A DNA stretch of 37,008 bases from an uncultured Gammaproteobacteria bacterium (GCA_964531745.1 CAZHFX010000002.1:17151-54158); one strand, 5' to 3'; shown: positions 20,333 to 27,905, counted from the first letter of the stretch. The notes: generated by a model from the letters alone, not told the origin. A program made the numbers and translations.

Positions 20333-21025
20333 ATGGACATTGTACAGAAGACGCGCGATGATTACAATAAAATTGCCAAGCATTTCGCGGCCACGCGAAG
20401 CCGCGTTTGGCCGGAGTTTGACCAGTTTAGCGCACTCATCAAGAATGGTCAACGGATTTTAGACTGGGGTTGCGGCAGTGGGCGGCTATTGTTGATGCTG
20501 GAGAAATGGCAAGTGGAATATTTTGGCGTTGATCAAAGTATTGAACTTTTAAAAATTGCGCGACGGCAATACGCTGAATTTATTAAATCCGGCCGGGCGC
20601 ATTTTTATTCAACAGCAGTCCGCGAGAAAAAGTTTCCTCCCGACTTTTTTGATCTGGTTTTTATGATTGCGTCGTTTTTTCATCTGCCCGATGAACCGAG
20701 CCGGCAAAAATTACTTGATAAAACATGGCAGGAATTGAAACCGGGTGGCAAATTGGTGATATTAGTATGGAATCTAGGGAGTGACTGGGCGAAAGAGAAA
20801 AAGAAGACATGGAAACAACTTGGTGAGCACGATTTCCTAATTCCGTGGAAAAATCCGTCGGGAGTGATTGAAGCCGAGCGTTACTACCACCATTTCACGC
20901 CGGAAGAATTAAAAGGTCTTTTAACGCGCGCCGGATTCGTCGTTGAACGGCTGGAATATAGTAGCGGCACCTGGAGCGACAGCAAAGGCGGGAGAAATTT
21001 GGCGGTCGTAGCAGTTAAACCATAA
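20333..21025 (+). CDS. Class I SAM methyltransferase resembling Trm9/ALKBH8 tRNA cm5U methyltransferases
   Basis: YNKIAKHFAATR..WP, LDWGCGSGR, IASFFHL, LKPGG..VILVW, D.LIPW and RYYHHF..EEL match the motif order of Trm9/ALKBH8. An alternative GTG start lies at 20312. Confidence 0.8.
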   Translation: MDIVQKTRDDYNKIAKHFAATRSRVWPEFDQFSALIKNGQRILDWGCGSGRLLLMLEKWQVEYFGVDQSIELLKIARRQYAEFIKSGRAHFYSTAVREKKFPPDFFDLVFMIASFFHLPDEPSRQKLLDKTWQELKPGGKLVILVWNLGSDWAKEKKKTWKQLGEHDFLIPWKNPSGVIEAERYYHHFTPEELKGLLTRAGFVVERLEYSSGTWSDSKGGRNLAVVAVKP

Positions 21026-21030
21026 TTTTT

Positions 21031-22245
21031 ATGCGGATATTGCAGATTAATAAATTTTTTTCCGTGCAAGGCGGTTCGGACACCGTTTTTTTTGAAACGA
21101 TTGAAGGGTTGCGCGGGCGCGGCCATACGGTCGTCGAGTTTTCTATGCGGCGGGAGGGGGACAGACCCTCGGCTTACGAAAAATATTTTGTCAGTCCGGT
21201 ATCCCTGCGCGCCGGGAGCCTTGCCGAACGTTGGCGCGCTGCGCGGCGTATTTTTTCTTCTTCCGAAGTTACCGCCAAACTCACTCAATTGGTGAAGGAC
21301 ACCCGGCCTGACGCGGCGCATGTGCACAATGCCTACCGCGAACTCTCGGCAAGCACATTTTTGACCTTGAAAAAACTGGGCGTGCCGATCGTTCATACGG
21401 TGCACGATATGTTTCCGCTATGCCCCAACCACAGTTTTATTTTAGGTGAAACTTTGGCCGAAGCCAAACTTAATCGGCTTTATAAATGTGTGATTAACAA
21501 ATGCGTCAATGGTTCGTTCACGCAGAGTCTAGCGGGCGCCGCCGAAGCCTATTATTACCGCGCCCGCGGCATTTGGAAAAAAGTTGATCGATTTATCGCG
21601 CCGAGCGAGTTCATGAAAGATAAGTTGATTCAGTATGGTTTTCCTGCCGAAAGAATTCGGAAAATAATGTATCCTGCCGCCACGGTGTTAAAAAATATCC
21701 CGCCGCTCGGCGACAAAATCGTGTATTTAAGCCGTCTGCATGTGGAGCGTGGTATCAGAGTGTTTATGCGCGCGGTGAAAGATTTGAAGCAGTACCGAGT
21801 GGTGGTAGCGGGGGATGGACCGGAAGCGGCGTGGGTAGACCAATTTATAAAAGATAATCGCCTCACTCACGTTGAGCGGCGCGGCTGGGTGAGCGGAGCC
21901 GGAAAAGAGGCGGCGCTGGCGGAAGCGCGCGCGGTGGTCGTCCCGGCGATTTTTTACGACCTCTGCTCGCTCACGATTCTGGAAGCATTGGCGCTAGGGC
22001 GGTTGGTGGTGGCAAGCGATCGAGGCGGGAATCCTGAGCTGGTAATTGATGGAAAAACTGGTTGGTTAGCTCGCCCGGAAGACCCGGCCGACCTTGCGCG
22101 GGCCATTCAGGAGGCCATGACAGCCCCGCAAAATCAGGTAGAGAGCATGGTTGCCGCAGGCAGGGATTTAGTGCGGAAAAACCATGATTTGGGCCGTTAT
22201 TTAGACAATGTAGAGGCGGTTTATGCCGAGGTAAAAATGGTCTAA
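21031..22245 (+). CDS. Glycosyltransferase family 4 (GT-B)
   Basis: MRILQINKF..GG, HTVHD, FIAPS, and ILEALALG..VVASDRGGNPELV.DG..G. Confidence 0.9.
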   Translation: MRILQINKFFSVQGGSDTVFFETIEGLRGRGHTVVEFSMRREGDRPSAYEKYFVSPVSLRAGSLAERWRAARRIFSSSEVTAKLTQLVKDTRPDAAHVHNAYRELSASTFLTLKKLGVPIVHTVHDMFPLCPNHSFILGETLAEAKLNRLYKCVINKCVNGSFTQSLAGAAEAYYYRARGIWKKVDRFIAPSEFMKDKLIQYGFPAERIRKIMYPAATVLKNIPPLGDKIVYLSRLHVERGIRVFMRAVKDLKQYRVVVAGDGPEAAWVDQFIKDNRLTHVERRGWVSGAGKEAALAEARAVVVPAIFYDLCSLTILEALALGRLVVASDRGGNPELVIDGKTGWLARPEDPADLARAIQEAMTAPQNQVESMVAAGRDLVRKNHDLGRYLDNVEAVYAEVKMV

Positions 22246-22276
22246 AATAGCGGGTGCTTGCGGGGTAGAATGACCC

Positions 22277-22321
22277 TGTGGATAACATTAATTTGACAGT
22301 TTTTAGTAAGATCGGTAGTCT
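22277..22321 (+). promoter_or_regulatory. Perfect DnaA box (reverse orientation) followed by sigma70 promoter TTGACA-N17-TAGTCT
   Basis: TGTGGATAA at 22277-22285; TTGACA at 22293-22298; TAGTCT at 22316-22321. Confidence 0.65.
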
Positions 22322-22338
22322 TATTATATTACACTACT

Positions 22339-22458
22339 ATGTCGTTAAATCACTCCAACAATCTTCGCTGGGATAAAAAGGCAAAGAGCGCCTTTACTTT
22401 GACTTTGGCGGTAATTGCGCGCCCGTGCGGGTTTTGGGGTGAATATAAACGAAGATAG
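22339..22458 (+). CDS. Putative 39-aa leader peptide (MSLNHSNNLRWDKKAKSAFTLTLAVIARPCGFWGEYKRR)
   Basis: Short ORF just after the promoter; its 3' end overlaps the predicted antiterminator stem. Confidence 0.5.
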   Translation: MSLNHSNNLRWDKKAKSAFTLTLAVIARPCGFWGEYKRR

Positions 22459-22513
22459 ATAATGGATAAATTTCGTTTATAAGAACCTCGAACCTAAACT
22501 CTCGGGGTTTTTT
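22429..22513 (+). terminator. Attenuator: intrinsic terminator with mutually exclusive antiterminator
   Basis: Terminator is GAACCTCGA (22483-91)/TCGGGGTTT (22502-10) plus a T-run. Antiterminator pairs 22429-40 with 22485-95 and TATAAACGAA (22444-53) with TTCGTTTATA (22472-81). Confidence 0.6.
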
Positions 22514-22520
22514 AATGAGT

Positions 22521-22569
22521 CCGCCAGACTAGCAAATTGCCTTTTTAAGGCGGTTTGCTAGTCTGGCGG
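22521..22569. repeat. 23-bp inverted repeat (REP-like CCGCC...GGCGG hairpin)
   Basis: CCGCCAGACTAGCAAATTGCCTT / AAGGCGGTTTGCTAGTCTGGCGG; the two deviations are both G-U compatible. Confidence 0.85.
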
Positions 22570-22644
22570 GAATGCCAGCGACAACCAGTCTCACTGTCGC
22601 AGAGGGCGGCGCTGACGATTGGTTTCCTCCAAGGAGGAAGTTAC

Positions 22645-23088
22645 ATGGAGAACGCGGTGGCGAGAAAACAGCAGGAGAAGCTGGTTGCAGTGCACCCGGA
22701 GCTCAAAAGGCACTACAAGCCGAGCGGGCGCCTGTCGCACTTTGACGGGTGCGAGGACGATCTGGTCGGCCGCGTGCAGACGGCGCTCCAGAGCGGCGCC
22801 CCCCATTGCCGCGGTAGGTTCCCCGGGAGTCTGATCGTGGAGATCGCCCCGCAGGGAGTGTACTGCAAAGTCGCACCGGAGGGGCGCACCCGCGAAGGCT
22901 ACGAGAAGCTGGAGGCCAGGCGCGCCGAGGCGGTGCTCCACACCAAGGAGCTCGTGGCGGAGCAGACCGCAAGGAGGAGCGGCGACAAGCGCCGGCGCCG
23001 TATCCGCCTGCTGGGTGACAACGTCCGGTACTTCCTGGTGGCGGTGCACGGCTTCTCCTCCGACCGCCAGCCCGGCCGCGACGCCTAG
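22645..23088 (+). CDS. GC-rich 147-aa hypothetical protein, possibly a divergent DUF3228-like protein
   Basis: Strong AAGGAGG SD at 22631-37 and strong GC3 bias. The pattern SHFDG..DDL...G..PGSLIV.I.P.G...K..A...VL....L...FLVAVH resembles DUF3228 proteins (from recall). Confidence 0.7.
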   Translation: MENAVARKQQEKLVAVHPELKRHYKPSGRLSHFDGCEDDLVGRVQTALQSGAPHCRGRFPGSLIVEIAPQGVYCKVAPEGRTREGYEKLEARRAEAVLHTKELVAEQTARRSGDKRRRRIRLLGDNVRYFLVAVHGFSSDRQPGRDA

Positions 23089-23183
23089 TCCGCGCGCTCG
23101 CGTTGCTCTACCTGACCCGGAGACGGGTGAATGCACAGTCGGCTGTGACAAACAGCGGACAATGCTCACCCTCTCCGGCAATC

Positions 23184-23248
23184 TAGTCTCTCCCGCTGAT
23201 AGCGGGACTGATGAGTCCACAACTGTTTTGACTAAGGACGAAAGACTA
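23184..23248 (+). ncRNA. Type III hammerhead ribozyme; predicted cleavage after C23190 (CUC)
   Basis: Stem III TAGTC (23184-88)/GACTA (23244-48); UH at 23189-90; stem I TCCCGCT/AGCGGGA; core CTGATGA (23208-14); stem II GTCC/GGAC; GAAA (23240-43). All core nucleotides are present. Confidence 0.92.
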
Positions 23249-23252
23249 CAAC

Positions 23253-23288
23253 AAAAAACTCTCTCAACGTATGCGGGAGAGTTTTTTT
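23253..23288 (+). terminator. Intrinsic terminator (possibly bidirectional)
   Basis: AAAAAACTCTCTC-9nt-GGGAGAGTTTTTTT. Confidence 0.8.
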
Positions 23289-23310
23289 ATGCTATATTAT
23301 AGCGAAGCTT

Positions 23311-24216
23311 ATGTGGTTAACCAGTGCTGTTAGCGGCTACATTTGTTTAGCCGTGGTCACCATTTTAGATAAATATATTTTGTCGGAGCGAAAAGTGCGG
23401 CCGATTTTGTATGTTTTTTATTCCACGATTTTTGTCGTTCCCATTTGGTTTCTCTTGCCTTTTGGAGTAAAAATTTTTGCTTCGCCGGCGCAGTGGCTTT
23501 CAGCGTTAGCGGCCGGGCTCGGTTTCGCTCTTACTCTCTGGGCCCTCTACCGTGCGGTGGCCGAGAGCGAGGCGAGCCATATCGGTCCGTTTATCGGCGC
23601 GGTGGTACCGAGTTTTGTTTTAGTATTTGGCCGGATTTTTTTGAATGAACAGATTACTGTCCGGCAGGAGGCGGCGATAGCACTGCTTATTCTCGGCTCG
23701 CTTATCATTTCTTTTGAAAATAGTCCGCGCCACCATGGTTGGCACCGAGGGTTTTGGTGGGGGGCGGTGGCGGGTTTTTTTGCTGCCATCTATCAGGTTT
23801 TGTCAAAATATATCTATGGTTTGGTAGGTTTTTACAGCGGTTTTGTGTGGATTTGGGCTAGTGTCGGGCTGTGCGGCGTGTTTTTATTGACCCACCCAGT
23901 TGTTCGCGAGGTATTATGGCACCCAGATCGCTCACAGAGCCGCAGGCGGCCTATGACAGCGCGTATGGTGGTGTTGGCCGATAAGTTGCTTGGCGCGGTC
24001 GGGGTGGCGCTCGTGCAATACGCGGTGGCGCTCGGGAGCGTGTCAGTCGTTAATGCTTTAGCTGGAGTACAATATGGATTTTTGGTAATTCTTGTCGCGG
24101 CGCTGTCAAAGTTCGCTCCGGGCGTGTTTCGTGAAACGTACGCGGCGGGAGAGATCGTTCAAGAGTTGGCGGCGGTCGTGTTGATTGCGTCCGGTCTCGT
24201 TTTAGTGCTTTTATGA
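23311..24216 (+). CDS. EamA/DMT family transporter
   Basis: About 10 TM helices with two-repeat DMT architecture (DK..L, EAS...P, FLNEQ). Confidence 0.8.
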   Translation: MWLTSAVSGYICLAVVTILDKYILSERKVRPILYVFYSTIFVVPIWFLLPFGVKIFASPAQWLSALAAGLGFALTLWALYRAVAESEASHIGPFIGAVVPSFVLVFGRIFLNEQITVRQEAAIALLILGSLIISFENSPRHHGWHRGFWWGAVAGFFAAIYQVLSKYIYGLVGFYSGFVWIWASVGLCGVFLLTHPVVREVLWHPDRSQSRRRPMTARMVVLADKLLGAVGVALVQYAVALGSVSVVNALAGVQYGFLVILVAALSKFAPGVFRETYAAGEIVQELAAVVLIASGLVLVLL

Positions 24217-25232
24217 TTATGGGCAGGCGTTCATTGCGGCGTAAAAAAATTATTTTGGTTGGCGCGGCGCTGTTCGGGTTGCTGGCATTCTTTTATGCCA
24301 GCCTATTTTTGAATTGGGGCCGCCGTTCAAACCAAATATATGGCGTTAGTTTTGATCCGGTCTACGCCCGTTATCTCGGGATTGATTCCGGGAAAGCCTA
24401 TTACGAAGCGTTAATTCGCGATTGGGGTTTTAGGTATATTCGTCTGTCGGCGCATTGGGACACGGTTGAAAATCAGCGCGGGCAGTATGATTTTAGCGAT
24501 TTGGATTGGTATGTCAATCGGGCGGCGGAAGCGGGGGCCAAAATAACGCTCGCTATTGGTCAGAAGACGCCGCGCTGGCCCGAGTGTCATGAGCCGGAGT
24601 GGGCTAAAAAATTGCCGGCGGCCGAAAATCGCGCGGCGCTTTTGAACTATATTACCGCCGTCGTTGAACATTATCGCGTTTGGCCGGGGATTGAGCTGTG
24701 GCAGGTGGAAAACGAGCCGTTTTTGGATTTTGGCGAGTGCCATGCTTTTGGCGTCAAAGATTTGAAAGAGGAAATAACTTTGGTGAAGCGGCTAGATTCG
24801 GCGCACCCTACCATCACTACTGATAGCGGCGAGTTGAGTTTGTGGTGGAAAACGGCCCGGGCCGCGGATTATTTCGGCGCTACGATGTATCGCACGGTAT
24901 GGGACAAAATGTTTGGATATTTTACTTATCGTTTTCTCCCTTCGGGCTGGTATCCGGCGCGGGCATTTTTTATGGGGCGTGATCTTAATACCGCGTTTGT
25001 AATGGAATTGCAGGCCGAACCATGGAGCCCGGGCAAGCCTATCACGAGCGTACCTTTAGCCGAACAATATCAATCAATGAACAGGGAACGTCTTCAAGAA
25101 AATATTGAGTATGCCAAGCGGTCTGGATTTCCGCGGGTGTATTTGTGGGGCGCGGAGTGGTGGTATTGGCTGCAAAAAAAGGGATACAATGAAATTCCTG
25201 ATTATGTAAAAACTTTGCCTAAAGGGAATTGA
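24213..25232 (+). CDS. Membrane-anchored clan GH-A glycoside hydrolase (GH42/GH5-like)
   Basis: IRLSAHW..E...G.YDF..LD, WQVENEP (acid/base Glu), ELQAEPW (likely nucleophile), N-terminal TM. Confidence 0.75.
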   Translation: MIMGRRSLRRKKIILVGAALFGLLAFFYASLFLNWGRRSNQIYGVSFDPVYARYLGIDSGKAYYEALIRDWGFRYIRLSAHWDTVENQRGQYDFSDLDWYVNRAAEAGAKITLAIGQKTPRWPECHEPEWAKKLPAAENRAALLNYITAVVEHYRVWPGIELWQVENEPFLDFGECHAFGVKDLKEEITLVKRLDSAHPTITTDSGELSLWWKTARAADYFGATMYRTVWDKMFGYFTYRFLPSGWYPARAFFMGRDLNTAFVMELQAEPWSPGKPITSVPLAEQYQSMNRERLQENIEYAKRSGFPRVYLWGAEWWYWLQKKGYNEIPDYVKTLPKGN

Positions 25233-25257
25233 CGGAAAGGCCTTTTTCGGTTATAGT
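25229..25257 (+). promoter_or_regulatory. tRNA promoter TTGACG-N17-TATAGT
   Basis: Near-consensus hexamers ending 12 nt before the tRNA. Confidence 0.7.
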
Positions 25258-25269
25258 AGCCCAACTTTC

Positions 25270-25346
25270 GCACGCCTAGCTCAGTTGGTTAGAGCACCTC
25301 GTTTACACCGAGGGGGTCAGGGGTTCGAATCCCTTGGCGTGCACCA
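25270..25346 (+). tRNA. tRNA-Val (anticodon TAC), CCA encoded
   Basis: Acceptor stem GCACGCC/GGCGTGC, D-loop AGTTGGTTA, anticodon arm CCTCG-TTTACAC-CGAGG, GTTCGAATC T-loop, 3' ACCA. Confidence 0.97.
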
Positions 25347-25416
25347 GCAAGGAAATTGCTTCGTAAAAAGCAGTTTTTTATTTGTCTTTTTTTATGGTAT
25401 ACTTCTCATTGAGAAT

Positions 25417-26568
25417 ATGCTTCACGATGAACGCCCGATAGTTTTGCATCAGGGAGTTTATAAAAAAACCGCCACAGTAGGAGAGGCGGTGTTTATGATT
25501 ACCGGCATGACCATCGGCGCTGGCATTTTAGGCCTTCCGTACGCTGTTTCTCGCGCTGGCCTTTTGCCCGGAGTATTTTTAATTTTTGTTTTAGGGATTA
25601 TAATGTTCTCTATCAATTTAATGATTGGCAGAGTAGCGACACTGGCCGGAGATAATTTACAGTTGCCGGGGTTGGCGGGTAAGTATTTAGGCGGGTGGGC
25701 GAAAGGAGTTCTTTCCATTACGGTTATTTTTAGTTCATACGGAGTTTTGTTAGCGTATTTGGTTGGCGAGGGGGCGGCCTTGAGCGCTTTGTTCGGCGGC
25801 AGCGCGCTTGGGTGGAGCGTAGTTTTTTGGTCAGCCGGCAGTTTTTTAATATGGCTTGGCCTGCAACGCATCCGATATGTGGAGAAATTTTTCAGTCTAG
25901 CGGTGATAATTATTATTGCAGTGCTATCGGCCGGGCTTCTGCCCTACTTCCGCCCAGCGGCGTTTACGGAAGTGCATTGGCCGTCATTTTTCTTTCCCAT
26001 GGGAGTTATTTTATTTGCTTTGCACGCCACGCCCGCTATCGCGGAAGCGCGAGCGCTTTTACCAGGGCGTCCCGCGGCATTTCGGCGCGCGCTGGTTATC
26101 GGAACAATAATTCCGATAGCCGTTTATATTCTTTTCACGGTAGCGGTGGTTGGTTTGAGCGGCTTATCCACTACGCCCGTCGCTACAGTTGGAATCGGCC
26201 AAGCCTTTAGCCCGATTTTTTTGATATTAGCGAATATCTTTGCCGTGCTCGCCATGAGCACCGGTTTTATGGGTTTGGGCACGGCACTTAAAGAAACGCT
26301 GATGTGGGATTATCGCGTTCCATCCGGCGCGGCGCAATTTTTGGTTATCAGCGTTCCGTTGGCTCTGTTTTTGCTGGGGGCGCGGCATTTTGTGGGTATC
26401 TTGAATGTGGTGGGCGGACTTTTTATTGCCGTTGAATCCATTATTATGATTTTGACGTATTTTAGAGCGACGGGGCAGGAAAAGCGAACGTGGTTTTTGC
26501 TCTTGCCATTGTTGGCATTTTTTAGTATACTGGCGATATTCAGCCTCTACGGAGCGCTGGAAAAGTAG
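25417..26568 (+). CDS. Aromatic amino acid permease (Mtr/TyrP, HAAAP family)
   Basis: ITGMTIGAGILGLPY motif and about 11 TM helices. Start moved to ATG 25417 because the longer ORF overlaps the tRNA; extended -10 TGGTATACT at 25395-25403. Confidence 0.85.
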   Translation: MLHDERPIVLHQGVYKKTATVGEAVFMITGMTIGAGILGLPYAVSRAGLLPGVFLIFVLGIIMFSINLMIGRVATLAGDNLQLPGLAGKYLGGWAKGVLSITVIFSSYGVLLAYLVGEGAALSALFGGSALGWSVVFWSAGSFLIWLGLQRIRYVEKFFSLAVIIIIAVLSAGLLPYFRPAAFTEVHWPSFFFPMGVILFALHATPAIAEARALLPGRPAAFRRALVIGTIIPIAVYILFTVAVVGLSGLSTTPVATVGIGQAFSPIFLILANIFAVLAMSTGFMGLGTALKETLMWDYRVPSGAAQFLVISVPLALFLLGARHFVGILNVVGGLFIAVESIIMILTYFRATGQEKRTWFLLLPLLAFFSILAIFSLYGALEK

Positions 26569-26661
26569 CGAAATTAAGAAGATGGTGTTGGTTGTTGACC
26601 GGTTCCATCGTTCGGGGTCGATGCGGGCGATTACTGTGCAACAACTTCCTTCTATCTTCTT
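26503..26661 (+). promoter_or_regulatory. metK promoter (TTGCCA-N17-TATACT) and structured 5' leader
   Basis: Promoter at 26503-26531. Nested stems: AAGAAGATGG/CTATCTTCTT, GTTGTTG/CAACAAC, CATCG/CGATG. Confidence 0.55.
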
Positions 26662-26695
26662 TGGCTAGTTTGTTATTAAGTTATTTTTTAGTTTT

Positions 26696-27844
26696 ATGTC
26701 AGAAAAATATTTTTTTACTTCGGAGTCGGTGACCGAAGGTCACCCGGATAAAATTTGCGACCAGATTTCCGACGCAGTTTTGGATAATTTGTTGGAACAA
26801 GATCCGGCGTCGCATGTGGCAGTGGAGTGTTTTACCACCACCGGCCTCGTGATTGTTGGCGGTGAAGTGACCACCAATGGCTACGTTGATGTGCAGAAAA
26901 TTGCTCGGACAGTTTTGGGCGACATTGGTTACACCGATCCGGCGTATGGCATTGATGCCGAGCATGCCGGCATTTTAGTTTCTATTCATGAACAATCCCC
27001 GGACATTGCTCAGGGGGTGGCCAAATTGACTGCTGAAGAACAGGGGGCCGGCGATCAAGGGCTGATGTTTGGCTATGCGACCAATGAAACCTCGGAATAT
27101 ATGCCGTTACCGATTTTACTCGCGCATCGGTTGGCCGAGCGTTTGGCGGTAGTACGCAAAGATGGCACCATTCCGTATCTCCGGCCAGACGGCAAGTCAC
27201 AGGTGGCGGTTTTATACGAAAATGGCAAACCGGTTGGTGTGGAGAACGTGGTTATTTCCGCCCAGCATCATGACACCGTGGAATTGGAAGATTTACGTCG
27301 TGATATCACAGAGAAGGTAATTAAACCCGTCTGTGCCAGCTATTTAAGCGAGGCCGCTCAATTTTTTATAAATATGACCGGGCGATTCGTGATTGGCGGT
27401 CCGCAGGGCGATACCGGTCTTACCGGGCGCAAAATTATCGTAGATACTTACGGCGGCATGGGTCGCCACGGTGGCGGTTGTTTTTCTGGCAAAGACCCAT
27501 CGAAAGTTGATCGCTCCGGCGCCTATATGGCGCGTTATGCGGCGAAAAATGTGGTAGCTGCTGGTTTGGCCGAGCGTTGTGAGTTGCAAGTGGCGTATGT
27601 CATAGGCCGCGCTGAACCGACCAGCATTAATATCAATACGTTTGGCACCGGTAAAGTTAGCGATGAAAAATTGATCGCCGCGGTTAAACAGGTTTTTGAT
27701 TTCCGCCCAGGTAAAATTATTCAGAACCTTGATCTTCTTCGTCCGATCTATCGCGCCACCGCCTCCTACGGGCATTTTGGACGAACCGAGTTTCCGTGGG
27801 AGAGGCTTGATAAGATTGACGCTTTGAAGCAAGCCGCCGCTTAG
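26696..27844 (+). CDS. metK: S-adenosylmethionine synthetase
   Basis: [42 protein letters not shown] and YGHFGR motifs. Confidence 0.99.
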   Translation: MSEKYFFTSESVTEGHPDKICDQISDAVLDNLLEQDPASHVAVECFTTTGLVIVGGEVTTNGYVDVQKIARTVLGDIGYTDPAYGIDAEHAGILVSIHEQSPDIAQGVAKLTAEEQGAGDQGLMFGYATNETSEYMPLPILLAHRLAERLAVVRKDGTIPYLRPDGKSQVAVLYENGKPVGVENVVISAQHHDTVELEDLRRDITEKVIKPVCASYLSEAAQFFINMTGRFVIGGPQGDTGLTGRKIIVDTYGGMGRHGGGCFSGKDPSKVDRSGAYMARYAAKNVVAAGLAERCELQVAYVIGRAEPTSININTFGTGKVSDEKLIAAVKQVFDFRPGKIIQNLDLLRPIYRATASYGHFGRTEFPWERLDKIDALKQAAA

Positions 27845-27859
27845 TTGGATATACATTGG

Positions 27860-27899
27860 ATAACAAAATCCCAGTCTATTATGACTGGGATTTTGTTAT
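27860..27899. terminator. Bidirectional terminator between convergent genes
   Basis: Perfect 17-bp inverted repeat ATAACAAAATCCCAGTC-tattat-GACTGGGATTTTGTTAT. Confidence 0.85.
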
Positions 27900-27905
27900 G
27901 TTTGA

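Noticed and set aside
22571-22624. Possible HDV-like ribozyme (pseudoknot-compatible pairings)
   Set aside because: There is no room for P3/L3 and no convincing J4/2 catalytic strand.
23125-23171. Possible twister ribozyme (GUGACAAAC loop)
   Set aside because: The loop is one nucleotide short, and the UAA cleavage loop and GAG pseudoknot partners are absent.
22591-23220. 209-aa minus-strand ORF, and the 23015-23302 plus-strand ORF
   Set aside because: These are shadows of a GC-rich gene and run through the ribozyme; the SD site and codon bias support 22645-23088.
25285-25416. N-terminal extension of the permease ORF
   Set aside because: It overlaps tRNA-Val and its terminator; the real start is ATG 25417, which has its own extended -10.
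26576-26661. SRP RNA or 6S RNA
   Set aside because: It lacks the SRP helix-8 motif on either strand and is too short for 6S.
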